From assembly GCA_049520395.1 (NCBI GenBank), contig JBEKPV010000004.1, forward strand, positions 4,672-68,671: a stretch of DNA of 64,000 bases. Direction: 5' to 3'. Both the position numbers and the translations under genes were made by a program. Source of the stretch: Tepidisphaeraceae bacterium (GTDB lineage Bacteria; Planctomycetota; Phycisphaerae; Tepidisphaerales; Tepidisphaeraceae). The first letter of the stretch is position 1. Each line of letters opens with the position of its first letter. Positions 27,259 to 37,250 of this stretch are shown here, piece after piece. A model generated the notes under the pieces. It did not search any database and was not told the DNA's origin. It was given only the letters and a program-made list of their open reading frames with translations.

Positions 27259-28883
27259 AAGAGAGCCTGAAAGATTCGGGCGACGGCCTGCTCCTCGGTT
27301 TCTCCGCGGGCGGCGGCCATGGCCTTTTGCACGCCGGAAATCTCGAATTGGTTTCGCATGCCGCCGGGGCCGGAGGCTTGTTCGGATTCAAATTGTTCGG
27401 CGATTCCGTCGCTGATGATCAGGACGCGTTCGCCGGGCGAGATTTTCGCGGTCGCGGGTACGTAACGGGTTTCGGGCATGATGCCGACGGGCAGCCCGTC
27501 GCCATGGCGGAGCTGCTCGAATTGCCCGGTGGGCTTGGCGAGCAGGGCGTAACCGTGACCCGCGTCGACGTAGTGGACGGTCATCGCTTTGGTATCGAAG
27601 ACGCCGGACCAGAGGGTGACGAATTTTCCCTCCGGGCGGCGGGGGAGCAAAAATTCGTTTAGATCGCTGACGGCGCGGGCGACGTCGCCGTGGATGAGGA
27701 GGGCCGCGTGCAGGAATCCCTGGGCGGCGGTCATGAGCACCGAGGCGGCGACGCCGTGACCGCTGACATCGCCGAGGCTCACCGCGACTTTACCATCGGG
27801 CAGAACCAGCGCGTCGAAGAAGTCGCCGCCGAGATAGGCGCCGGGGCGACTGGTTCCGACGCAGACCAGATTTTCACATTGAGTGGGGCCGCGCGGCAGA
27901 ATCCATTTCTGAGCGGCGGCGCCGGCGTGCAATTCCGCCTCGATGATGGCGGCACGCCGTTCGACGTCCATCCGTTTCAGGTTCGCCAGCGCGAGTCCGG
28001 CCATTTTCGCCAGCGCCAGGCAGAAGGCGGCGGCGTTGGAGCGGAGCTTGCGGGGAACTTCGGCGCCGCTGCGCGAATCAAGATACAGGTAGGCGGCGAC
28101 GGTGGTTCCCAGCATCAGGGGGACACAAATCGCGGCGTCGATCTGCAATTCGAGGATGCTTTGCGAAGCGCTGCCGCTTTCGCTGGTGGCGGCGGATAAT
28201 TCGGCGACGACGCCGGTGGAGGCGGTCGCCAGGAGGGTTCGGCTATAGACCGCGCCGGTCGCTTCCTTGAGCGCCGGCCCGACCCGGCGAGCGAGGACTT
28301 CGATTCGCCCCGCGGAATCCAGCGCCCGCAAGACCGCGGCGTGCGGTAGTCCGGTGCCCCGGCAGGCGATGTCCATCAGCACGTTGGCCAGTGTCTTTTC
28401 ATCGGGCGCGCCGTGAATGGCGGTCGCGCTCTCCAGGAGCAGATTCACCATCTCATCCTGAAGCGGCCCGGATTGCGACGGGGCGATGGTGTGGATCATC
28501 GTCACGGTTGACTCGTGATCGTCCACCGACAAGAGCGCGCGCCGCGGCGCGGAGGTGCCGAGATTAAAGCTGAAGGTCCAGGGGACAATTCGGATGAGGT
28601 CCGCGTCATTTAGCGGGATGGCGCGCTGGGGGGCGAGGCGGACGCCGTTGACGAACGTTCCCCAGCGGCTGCCCAGATCGACGACGCGCCAGACATCGTC
28701 TTCAAGCGTGAAGCGTGCGTGTTGGCGGGAGACCTGTTCGGCGTCGGCGGGGAGGGGCGCGTCGCAAAGCTCGTGGCGGCCGACGACCACGCCGCCGGGT
28801 TTGACGCGTAATTCCACCTGACTGAGCGGCGGTCCGCCCGGCAGAGGAACCAGCCAGGCCGATTTCGCTTGAGGTTGCGACAT
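27198..28883 (-). CDS. FHA domain - GAF-like domain - PP2C/SpoIIE family protein phosphatase
   Basis: FHA: VVVGRHELCDAPLP...VSRQHARF...WRVVDLGSRWGTFVNGVRL. PP2C/SpoIIE: GGDFFDAL...LGDVSGHGVAASVLM...ISDGIAE. Confidence 0.8.
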   Translation of the reverse strand: MSQPQAKSAWLVPLPGGPPLSQVELRVKPGGVVVGRHELCDAPLPADAEQVSRQHARFTLEDDVWRVVDLGSRWGTFVNGVRLAPQRAIPLNDADLIRIVPWTFSFNLGTSAPRRALLSVDDHESTVTMIHTIAPSQSGPLQDEMVNLLLESATAIHGAPDEKTLANVLMDIACRGTGLPHAAVLRALDSAGRIEVLARRVGPALKEATGAVYSRTLLATASTGVVAELSAATSESGSASQSILELQIDAAICVPLMLGTTVAAYLYLDSRSGAEVPRKLRSNAAAFCLALAKMAGLALANLKRMDVERRAAIIEAELHAGAAAQKWILPRGPTQCENLVCVGTSRPGAYLGGDFFDALVLPDGKVAVSLGDVSGHGVAASVLMTAAQGFLHAALLIHGDVARAVSDLNEFLLPRRPEGKFVTLWSGVFDTKAMTVHYVDAGHGYALLAKPTGQFEQLRHGDGLPVGIMPETRYVPATAKISPGERVLIISDGIAEQFESEQASGPGGMRNQFEISGVQKAMAAARGETEEQAVARIFQALFQFAGTENLSDDATVVLVSW

Positions 28884-29056
28884 GCGGGACCAAACTTACG
28901 GCTAAGGTCTGCGCCGGGCAAGCAAATAGCGCCGGGGCAAGTTTGGTGTTTGGCAGGTGCAAATTGGGTTGACCGTTGCGACCGATGGTTTAAGCTTTGG
29001 TTAAGCGATCTGGAGGAAGTTCGCCGGCAGGTCTGTTTTTCGGGGCGAAGATAAAA

Positions 29057-31858
29057 ATGAAGGTGCATTGTCCATACTGCGCGCACGAGATGCAGATCAA
29101 GGGAGGGCGCGCCGGGCGTTTTGGTCCGCGCTGCGCGGAGTGTTCCAAGAAATTCCTGCTGGTGCTTTTTGACGATCCAGCCGCGGAACCTCTGGTAGTG
29201 GCGGTGGATAATATGGAAACCGTCTCTGGAGACGTCGCCAAGGCGCTGGGGATCCAGGCGCCCAAACCGAAGAAAAAGGGACCCGGGGCGTCGATGTCGG
29301 GATCGCCGGTGGTGCCGTCGCCCGCGCCCGCCCCGCCGCCGGCGCCTTCGGCGATGCAGACCGCGCTTGCGCCGCCGGCCGCGCGCGGCGCCGATCAGAC
29401 CGAAACCGCGATCGGCGTGGAAAAGAAAGCCGCGCCGCCGGTGGCGGATTTAACGGGCAAACATCTGGGCGGGTATGAAATCCTCCAGAAGCTGGGGCAG
29501 GGAGGGATGGGCTCGGTGTATCTGGCGCGGCAATTGTCTCTGGATCGAAAAGTCGCGGTTAAGGTTCTCAATTCCCGGCTCGCCCAGGACCCGGTCTTCA
29601 TCGCCCGATTCACGCGCGAGGCGTACGCCGCGGCGCAACTCACGCATCACAATATCGTGCAGATTCACGACATCGGGGAAGATAAGGCATCCTACTTTTT
29701 CAGTATGGAATTTGTGGAGGGGCAGACTCTGGCGGGCCTGGTGCGCGACGCCGGGCGGTTAGACGCTGAATCGGCGGTGGGGTTGGTGCTGCAGGCGGCG
29801 CGCGGGCTGAAATTCGCTCACGATCACGCGATGATCCACCGGGACGTGAAGCCTGAGAATCTGCTCATGAGCGATCAGGGGATGGTGAAAGTCGCCGATC
29901 TGGGTCTGGTGAAGCGGCAGGGGAATGCGGAGGTGACGGTGACGCCCGCGCTGGCCGCCGCATCGGACGCGAGCGTTACCGGCGCGGCGCTATCGATGGG
30001 GACTCCGGCGTACATGGCTCCGGAGCAGGCGCGGGACGCCGCCGGAGTCGATGTTCGGGCGGATATTTATTCGCTGGGGTGTACCTTGTACGACTTGCTC
30101 ACGGGGCGGCCTCCGTTTTTGGGGCGAACGGCCGTTGAGGTGATCACCAAACACGCCACCGAGCCCGTCAAGCTTCCCGAGGTGGTCGCCGCTAATGTTC
30201 CCGCGAATTTACCGGCGATTCTGATGCAAATGATGGCCAAGCGTCCGGAGGATCGTTACGCGAACATGGGGGAGGTGATCGTGGCATTGGAGGAGTTTCT
30301 GGGGGTCGTTAGCGGGGACGCCAGGCGATTTACGCCGCGCGAGGAACACACGCGAGCGCTGGAATTCGCGGTCAATGAATTCAACAGTTCGGTCTGGGGC
30401 GCCGTGCGCGATAAACTCATTCCCATCTATTTCGCGCTGTGCGGGTTGACGGCGCTGCTCCTGGTTTATTTCGGGCATCTACAGGCGTCGCTGGGAATCC
30501 TGGCGATGGGATTTTTCACCTTCGCGTTCTATGTGATCCTCAGCGGTATCACGCGCGGGACGTACCTTTTTCGGCAAATCCGCAGGTATGTTTTCGGAGC
30601 CGGCGTCTTCGATTGGATCAAATCACTGCTGCTGGCCGGTGTGGTGGTGGGAGCGATCGTTTTGTTCGATTTGCACTGGTGGGTGCTTGGATTCCTGAAT
30701 GCCGCGATCGTGATCGCCCTGCTGTTCCATTTCACGATCGACCGGATGGCTTACGATCAGAAACAGACCTACGTGATTCCCGTGGAGGGGATGCTCAAGA
30801 ATCTCCGCCTGCGCGGGCTCGACGAGGAGAATCTGCGGCAATTCGTCTGCAAATTCGCCGGGGTTCACTGGGAGGAATTTTACGAATCGCTTTTCGGTTA
30901 CGAATCCAAGATGCGCGCCCGGGGGCTTTATCTGCGCGGAACCTCCGGCGCCGGTCGGAAAAAATGGGGAGCCTGGCGCGATCCGATCATCGCCTGGATC
31001 GAAGCGCGCACGCGCTTGCGCCGGCAGGAGAAGGAACGGCGACATCTGGCCAAGGTGGAAGAACGAAAACTGCGGGCGCAGGGCGTGGCGCAGATTGACG
31101 CCAAGGCGCAGGCGCAAATCTCCGCCGGGGACATGCTGATTCAGGCGAGCCGGATGCGGCGTCAGATCGTGTCGATGCGCGCCGCTCCCACGGCGGCGCC
31201 CAAGCCCGCGCCGGCCGTCGCCCCCCCGGCCGCTCGGGGCCGCCCTCCTGCGATACCGAGGCCCCCCGCCGCCCCGGCCGTTGTCGTTGCAGACGATGAC
31301 GATGAACCGCGCGTCCGGGGTTCTTACATGCAGCGCAAATACGGCGGATTCTGGGGCCTGCTCCTGGGCTCCCAAGCAAGATTCCTGGTCGGCATGGTTT
31401 TCCTGATCCCCTTCCTCTTTTGGATGTATCAGAATAATCCTCATTTTCTGCAAGAGGCTGGTAAAAAAGGAGTTGAGTCGATCAGCGGCGTGCATGATCA
31501 ACTCTCGGGCGTTGCCCCCGATGGAACCGCCTCCCAGGCCGGTCCGACGCTGAACGAAAATCCCGAAGAATTGGCCGCCGGAGGTTCGCCGGCGGATCGA
31601 TTTGTAACCCCTCAAACCCAACGCAGCGTTTTGGGGATTCTTGGCTCTTATCCGAGCGGAATGGTCGGTGGAATCCTCGTTTTCTCGGCCCTTTTCAGGG
31701 GTCGCAAGATGGGGCTTTACATGCTTGCGGCGACGCTATTAATATTATGTGGTAACTATTTGCATCTGCCATCATTTGGTCTGGTCAACTCAGAACATCT
31801 GGGCATGGATTTAGGTGGAATAGTGGCGCTGGGGGGAATCTTTTTCGGACGGGAATAA
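29057..31858 (+). CDS. Serine/threonine protein kinase with an N-terminal zinc ribbon and a multi-pass membrane C-terminal region
   Basis: MKVHCPYCAHEM...PRCAECSKKF; kinase motifs GQGGMGSVYLA, VAVKVL, HRDVKPENLL, DLGL and GTPAYMAPEQ; then several hydrophobic helices and a coiled/charged segment. ATG 29057 is preferred over the track start. Confidence 0.85.
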   Translation: MKVHCPYCAHEMQIKGGRAGRFGPRCAECSKKFLLVLFDDPAAEPLVVAVDNMETVSGDVAKALGIQAPKPKKKGPGASMSGSPVVPSPAPAPPPAPSAMQTALAPPAARGADQTETAIGVEKKAAPPVADLTGKHLGGYEILQKLGQGGMGSVYLARQLSLDRKVAVKVLNSRLAQDPVFIARFTREAYAAAQLTHHNIVQIHDIGEDKASYFFSMEFVEGQTLAGLVRDAGRLDAESAVGLVLQAARGLKFAHDHAMIHRDVKPENLLMSDQGMVKVADLGLVKRQGNAEVTVTPALAAASDASVTGAALSMGTPAYMAPEQARDAAGVDVRADIYSLGCTLYDLLTGRPPFLGRTAVEVITKHATEPVKLPEVVAANVPANLPAILMQMMAKRPEDRYANMGEVIVALEEFLGVVSGDARRFTPREEHTRALEFAVNEFNSSVWGAVRDKLIPIYFALCGLTALLLVYFGHLQASLGILAMGFFTFAFYVILSGITRGTYLFRQIRRYVFGAGVFDWIKSLLLAGVVVGAIVLFDLHWWVLGFLNAAIVIALLFHFTIDRMAYDQKQTYVIPVEGMLKNLRLRGLDEENLRQFVCKFAGVHWEEFYESLFGYESKMRARGLYLRGTSGAGRKKWGAWRDPIIAWIEARTRLRRQEKERRHLAKVEERKLRAQGVAQIDAKAQAQISAGDMLIQASRMRRQIVSMRAAPTAAPKPAPAVAPPAARGRPPAIPRPPAAPAVVVADDDDEPRVRGSYMQRKYGGFWGLLLGSQARFLVGMVFLIPFLFWMYQNNPHFLQEAGKKGVESISGVHDQLSGVAPDGTASQAGPTLNENPEELAAGGSPADRFVTPQTQRSVLGILGSYPSGMVGGILVFSALFRGRKMGLYMLAATLLILCGNYLHLPSFGLVNSEHLGMDLGGIVALGGIFFGRE

Positions 31859-31985
31859 GTCCGCAAAAAGTTGAACGGACGGGGCTTAAGGATTTTGTTG
31901 CCTGTGGAGAAGGATGTAGCTAACCTCCACGCGATAAATATCTACGAACGTCGGAACGAGGATAACAAGAAGCGGGCGGGGCCGG

Positions 31986-34900
31986 ATGTCTCAGCCAAAA
32001 CAGCGAGTCGGTGAATATGTATTGGACGAGCCTAACGGGCGCTGTCCATATGCGGAGGTTTGGCGCGCCCATCACCACATGTGGTCGGATCAACTGGCGA
32101 GTGTAAAAATACCCACGGAGCCGACGTATATCGCCAATTTAAGCAGCCCGAGTTTGCGTCTTCCCCGGTTGCAGCATCCCAATATCGTTCAGCCGCTCGG
32201 CTTCGATCCGACGGCCAAGCCGCCGTATGTCATTACTGAATATCTCGCCGGCGGATCGCTGCGGCCATGGATTGAAAAGCGCAAACTGACGGTGGCGCAG
32301 ACGATCAACATTCTGCGCCAGGTTCTGACGGCGCTTCAATATGCCTTTGAGCACGGCGTCGTTCACGGGGACATCAAGCCGGAAAATATTCTCTTTACGC
32401 CCACGGCGGTCTCCAGCAATTTCGCCGAGCATGGCTCGGTGAAGGTGTCGGATTTTGGCGTCGGGGTGGCGATGGCGCTGACGGCCACGGGCGGCGGAGC
32501 GGCGGTGGTCGGAACGGATCGAATGGCTTATGTCGCGCCGGAGCAACGCACCGGCGCCGCGCCGGACGTCAAATCCGACATTTATGCCATTGGCGTTACG
32601 CTCTTTGAGATGCTCGCCGGAGAACGCCCCAGCGGCGCGGAGGTGCCCGGTGATCTCAATCCCGATGTTCCCGCGTGGCTGAACGACGTTTTCCGGAAAT
32701 CCTATGCGCGGCGCGAGCGGCGGTTTGAAACGCCGCTGGAACTCTTGGCGGCGCTTCCGCCTGATCCGCAGGAGGAAGAGGGGATTCTGCGGCTGGCGGA
32801 CGCTCCGCCTGAGCCGGCTCCGGTTTCCGTGGCTCGGCCTCCGGCGCGACCTCCGGCGCGACCGCCGGCGCCGCCGCCGCCGCGTGCCGCCGCCCCCCCG
32901 CCGCGGGCTCCGGTTCAGGAAATTCCCGTCGCCCCCCCGCCGCCCCCAGCGGCGCCCGAGCCGGCGGCTGCGCAGTCGTTCGGGGCTTTGGAGGTGCCGC
33001 TGGAGGACGATACACATGGTTTTGAAGAAGAGGAACAGGAGGCGACCGCCGTGGCTCCGGCCACCGCCGGGCCGGCCAAGTCCGCGATCCCGCGCGCCCC
33101 TTCGCGTGCCGAGCCGAAGGCGCTTTTCGACGAACAGGCGGGGAAGCAGGTTCGCACCGCCGACGATTTGCGGCTGGCGCTCAAACTGTTTTTCCAGGGT
33201 CGCCGGATGGACGAGGGGGAATCGGCGAATATTCGCCTGCGGTTGATCAAATGGGCCGGGACTCTTTCCGGCGGTCAGCCGAATCTGGATCAGAACATTC
33301 TGCTCAACCAGGCCTCCAACCGCCCGCTTTACATCGCCAAAATCATCACGCGCACGATGGACGATCGCGAATACTCCAATAGCGCGGTGGTCGATCATCC
33401 GGCGGCCAAGGCGGTTCAAATTTTGAAGGACGATGATTACCGCGCGGTGGCGCATATATCGGGGGATGTGATCGACGACAAATTTATGGAAGCGGCGCCG
33501 ATGGGTCCGCTGCGCAGTACGCTGGTCGCACTGACGCAGGACGCCCGGCGGCTTTATTGGGGGAGGGTGGCGCGGCAGGACATCATCCTGTATCGCGTGA
33601 ACGCCATCGTCGCCGAATACGAATTCGACGGGCATCCGTACCGGGCGTTTCTGGCGGGTAATGGGCTGCAGCCCTTTGCCGATGCCGAGCCGTTCACGAA
33701 AATCCGCCAGGAACCGACCAAGCGCGCCGCGACTCTGCTGGACGGCGAGCAAATCCGACTGGGCATCCGCGAACTGCATCGCGGGCTCGAGACTCCGCAG
33801 TGGCAGGCAAAAAGTGGGGCGATCCTCAGCGCCCTGCGCGGGAAGCTCGCGGCCGCCTATATGGCCGAGGCGAAAGCTTCGTTCGATAATTTCGGGTGGC
33901 TGGAAAGCCTGGAATATAGCGGCTGCGCGGCGCAATTGGCCCCCTCCAGCGATGAGCCGATCCGGCATATCGCTAAAGTGCGAACCTACGTTTCGCGCAT
34001 GCAATGGGCGCCGGGGGTGCTGATTTGTCTGGCGTTTGTGGGGCTGGCGATTCTTTGGGGCATGAGCGCGACGCCGCGCACGTTTGGGAACGTGGCGGTG
34101 CAGGTCATGGTGCATCCGTTTTTTGCCGGCGGGATCGCGGCGCTGATCGCCACGTTCTGGGCGGCGGCGATTTTGGATATTCGCATGGCGCGGACGGATG
34201 TCGCTTTTTATCACGCCATGCTCCTGCCGACCGCGGTGGCGGGGATTTTGGCGCTGGCGGCGGTCTCGGAAAACCAGTTTCGCGATTGGAAGGTGGACCT
34301 GAACTGCGCCGGGGCCCTGGTCGCGGTGATCGCGGCGGACCTGCTGCTTTTCAAATATTTTCGCGGGCATTTGATGCGATCGCCGCCGCAGGGGGATCTG
34401 GTGGGCGATGAAAACCTGATTCTCTCGAAGATCGAGACGATGCTGGATCGGGATTGGGAGCGCATTTTGCCGCATTACCTGGCGCTGGACCCGCTCTATA
34501 AATATACCGGCGTGCAGGCCGCCAGTTGGCAGCATCCGGCGGTTCTCAGCCGGGGCGAGGAAGAGGAGAATTTTGGGGACGGTCTTGCGGTCGCGGAGGC
34601 GCCGGCGCAGAGCGATCCGAAAATCTCGCGGCTGGTGGCGCAGATCGAGCAGCGCATATCGGAATCGGCCCGCGGCCTGGCCGGCCCGGCGCAAATGCTG
34701 CTGGCGGTCATCGCGGAATATTCCAAAGCCGCCGGCGCTCGGAATACGGCGGTGATGCAGACCAGCGCTTCCAAAATCGAACAAAAGGGGCAGGAGCTGA
34801 CGGCGAAGCTGGCCGATTTTGATCGGCTGTGCCGCTCCCCCGCGCTGGCGGAAGCGGGGCGAAGCGAGCAGCTTCGCGCCATCGCCAATCGCTTCGCCCA

Positions 34901-35048
34901 GATGTCCGAGGGGCCGGATATCCAGCTTTTGCGCACGATTGGGGACTACGCACGCACGTTCCGCGCCAACCCGGCGGAAGCAATAGCTGCGTTAAGTCCG
35001 CTGGTTTTGCAGGCCGAGGGCGTGGTTGAGAGGCTTAACCTAAGTTAA
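31986..35048 (+). CDS. Serine/threonine protein kinase with a Pro-rich linker and a large C-terminal region containing TM helices
   Basis: HGDIKPENILF, DFGV and AYVAPEQ; linker ARPPARPPARPPAPPPP; a hydrophobic cluster around LICLAFVGLAILWG...FFAGGIAALIATFWAAAIL. Confidence 0.85.
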   Translation: MSQPKQRVGEYVLDEPNGRCPYAEVWRAHHHMWSDQLASVKIPTEPTYIANLSSPSLRLPRLQHPNIVQPLGFDPTAKPPYVITEYLAGGSLRPWIEKRKLTVAQTINILRQVLTALQYAFEHGVVHGDIKPENILFTPTAVSSNFAEHGSVKVSDFGVGVAMALTATGGGAAVVGTDRMAYVAPEQRTGAAPDVKSDIYAIGVTLFEMLAGERPSGAEVPGDLNPDVPAWLNDVFRKSYARRERRFETPLELLAALPPDPQEEEGILRLADAPPEPAPVSVARPPARPPARPPAPPPPRAAAPPPRAPVQEIPVAPPPPPAAPEPAAAQSFGALEVPLEDDTHGFEEEEQEATAVAPATAGPAKSAIPRAPSRAEPKALFDEQAGKQVRTADDLRLALKLFFQGRRMDEGESANIRLRLIKWAGTLSGGQPNLDQNILLNQASNRPLYIAKIITRTMDDREYSNSAVVDHPAAKAVQILKDDDYRAVAHISGDVIDDKFMEAAPMGPLRSTLVALTQDARRLYWGRVARQDIILYRVNAIVAEYEFDGHPYRAFLAGNGLQPFADAEPFTKIRQEPTKRAATLLDGEQIRLGIRELHRGLETPQWQAKSGAILSALRGKLAAAYMAEAKASFDNFGWLESLEYSGCAAQLAPSSDEPIRHIAKVRTYVSRMQWAPGVLICLAFVGLAILWGMSATPRTFGNVAVQVMVHPFFAGGIAALIATFWAAAILDIRMARTDVAFYHAMLLPTAVAGILALAAVSENQFRDWKVDLNCAGALVAVIAADLLLFKYFRGHLMRSPPQGDLVGDENLILSKIETMLDRDWERILPHYLALDPLYKYTGVQAASWQHPAVLSRGEEEENFGDGLAVAEAPAQSDPKISRLVAQIEQRISESARGLAGPAQMLLAVIAEYSKAAGARNTAVMQTSASKIEQKGQELTAKLADFDRLCRSPALAEAGRSEQLRAIANRFAQMSEGPDIQLLRTIGDYARTFRANPAEAIAALSPLVLQAEGVVERLNLS

Positions 35049-35085
35049 TTTGCCAGTCGCCGGCTAAAGGCCTACGCTTTTAGCG

Positions 35086-36114
35086 ATGAGCAGCGCCCCC
35101 GCCGCCCCCCCGCCGCCGCCCCTTCCGGCCTTCGCGCCGGCGGATCCGAAGGAATTTAACCGCCTTAATCTGGATTATCACAAGCCCATGCCGCGCCCGC
35201 CCGTGCGCGGGAAGATCGTCGATTTTCATTGCCACCTTCTGGCCGCGCGGCACGGTAAGGTTTGGTTCGAAACGGCGGCGCATTACGGGATCGATGTCTT
35301 CGCCACCATGGGCCCGTTGGAAGAAGCGCTGCATCTTCAGCGCGATTGGCCGGGCCGGCTTCATTTCATCACCGTGCCGCAGTGGCAAAATCCAACCATC
35401 GACGACTGGCTGCGCCGTTTGGAAATGTTCTACAACCTCGGCAGCCGGATCATCAAATTCCATATGGCGCCCGGCACCATGGCGCGGCGGCATATCCGGC
35501 TCGATTCGCCGGAACTGCGGCCCGTCCTCCGCGAGGCCGCGGCGCGGGGGATGATTTTCATGAGCCATATGGGCGATCCCGATATTTGGTATCGCGGGCG
35601 ATACGCGGATGCGTCTCAATTCGGCACCCGCGACGAGCATTACAAAATGTGGGCCGATGTCCTGGAGGAATACCGCGACCGGCCGTGGGTCGGGGCGCAC
35701 ATGGGCGGCAACCCGGAGGATTTGCATCGCCTGCAAAATCTGCTGGACCGATTTCCCAATTTATATCTGGATAACAGCGCGACGCGATGGATGGTGCGCG
35801 AGATCAGTCTTCGCCGGGAGGAGGCCCGCGCGTTTCTGATTCGCAACGCCGATCGGATTTTGCTGGGGACGGATCAGGTAAGCGGGGATGACCGCGGGTT
35901 TGATTTCCTGGCGAGCCGATTTTGGGCGCATCGGATGTTGTGGGAGAGCGATTATTCGGGGCCGAGTCCGATTGCCGACCCCGATCTTCCGCCGGACCAG
36001 CAGCCGCAATTGCGGGGGCTGGCGCTACCGATCGACGTGCTGCAGAAGATTTATCACGACAATGCCGCCAGGCTGCTGGGCCGCGTGGGAGCGGCCGCGG
36101 AATTGGGGTTGTGA
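35086..36114 (+). CDS. Amidohydrolase-family (TIM-barrel metal-dependent hydrolase) protein
   Basis: IVDFHCHL near the N-terminus, then KFHMAPG, FMSHMGDP and GAHMGGNPEDL spaced as expected for the His/Asp ligands of COG2159-type hydrolases. Confidence 0.55.
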   Translation: MSSAPAAPPPPPLPAFAPADPKEFNRLNLDYHKPMPRPPVRGKIVDFHCHLLAARHGKVWFETAAHYGIDVFATMGPLEEALHLQRDWPGRLHFITVPQWQNPTIDDWLRRLEMFYNLGSRIIKFHMAPGTMARRHIRLDSPELRPVLREAAARGMIFMSHMGDPDIWYRGRYADASQFGTRDEHYKMWADVLEEYRDRPWVGAHMGGNPEDLHRLQNLLDRFPNLYLDNSATRWMVREISLRREEARAFLIRNADRILLGTDQVSGDDRGFDFLASRFWAHRMLWESDYSGPSPIADPDLPPDQQPQLRGLALPIDVLQKIYHDNAARLLGRVGAAAELGL

Positions 36115-36561
36115 TTACTCCGCGGTTGCGGTGACGGGGTAGAGTTTGCCGTCATGGAAAATCTCGACGGTCTGGAGCGGGTTGCGGCCGCCGAGGGTTT
36201 CGAAGTGATGGCCGTCGCGGTCGTAGAACATGGTGAAATCGAGTTTCTCATCGACCATATTTTTCCATTCGGGGACGTAAACGACGTAGAGATGATTGAT
36301 CCAGACCTCGACGTTATTCCAGTCCTGGTTGCTGAGATTGACGACATCCAGGCGTTTGGACATGAGTTCATATTCGCCGCGCGCTTGGGTGGAGTCGCCG
36401 CGCGGGGCGTCGGCCTCGAAATTCCGCTTGGCGGCGTCGGCGGCGAATTCGGTGGAACTCTTGTTTAGATTTCCATCCGGATTCGGGATCACCGAAACCA
36501 CCCCATCGGTCGAACAGCCTGCCAGACCCAATCCCAACGCCAGGAGCACCAGATATTTCAT
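36115..36561 (-). CDS. Lipoprotein, function unknown
   Basis: MKYLVLLALGLGLAGCS lipobox after ATG 36561. Its stop codon directly abuts the convergent amidohydrolase stop. Confidence 0.5.
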   Translation of the reverse strand: MKYLVLLALGLGLAGCSTDGVVSVIPNPDGNLNKSSTEFAADAAKRNFEADAPRGDSTQARGEYELMSKRLDVVNLSNQDWNNVEVWINHLYVVYVPEWKNMVDEKLDFTMFYDRDGHHFETLGGRNPLQTVEIFHDGKLYPVTATAE

Positions 36562-36623
36562 GCGCAACCTCTGTAAAGTCCCGTGTTGTTATCGGACGAA
36601 TGGGCGGCGGAGGTTGAATCAAT

Positions 36624-37244
36624 TTAGTCGATTTTATTGGCCGCCAGGGCGAAGAAGGGGCGGCCGGCGCGGCGGTATTTGCGCTCGAAATTGGTGCCGG
36701 CGATTTCTCCCTCGACGGCTCCGGCGAGGGAGTAAGGCGTTTCCTGTAATCCCGATCCCGCGATGACTTGCTGAATCTGCGAAAAGTAATCAGCATGATC
36801 GGTGACCATGCGCGTGATTCCCGCCGGGCACAGAACGCGGCGGACTTCGGCGATGAAGGCCGGCTGAATCAGCCGCCGCTTGTGGTGCCGTTTTTTGGGC
36901 CACGGATCGGGGAAATAGATGTGCACCGCCGCCAGCGAGCCGCTGGTCACAAATTCGCGCAGGAAGAAGAAAGCCTCGGCGCGGATGGTGCGGGCGTTGA
37001 GGCAATGGTTTCGCCGAAGCCGGTCGCTGGCATAGCGCCAGAACCAGCGGGCGTATTCGACGCCGAAGAAATTCGTGTCCGGCCGCGTCTTGGCCTGGCC
37101 GACGAGAAACGTTCCCTTGCCCATTCCGATTTCCAATTCCACCGGGTGATCGTTGCCGAAAAGTTCCCGCCAGACGATGGGCCTGGCCAGCGTTTCCACG
37201 TCCAGGCCGATCGGCTCGACCACCAATTCGCGTGTCGATTGCAT
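36624..37244 (-). CDS. trmB: tRNA (guanine46-N7)-methyltransferase
   Basis: LEIGMGKGTFL, FFGVEY and IYFPDPWPKKRHHKRRL are diagnostic TrmB motifs. Confidence 0.85.
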   Translation of the reverse strand: MQSTRELVVEPIGLDVETLARPIVWRELFGNDHPVELEIGMGKGTFLVGQAKTRPDTNFFGVEYARWFWRYASDRLRRNHCLNARTIRAEAFFFLREFVTSGSLAAVHIYFPDPWPKKRHHKRRLIQPAFIAEVRRVLCPAGITRMVTDHADYFSQIQQVIAGSGLQETPYSLAGAVEGEIAGTNFERKYRRAGRPFFALAANKID

Positions 37245-37250
37245 AACGAT

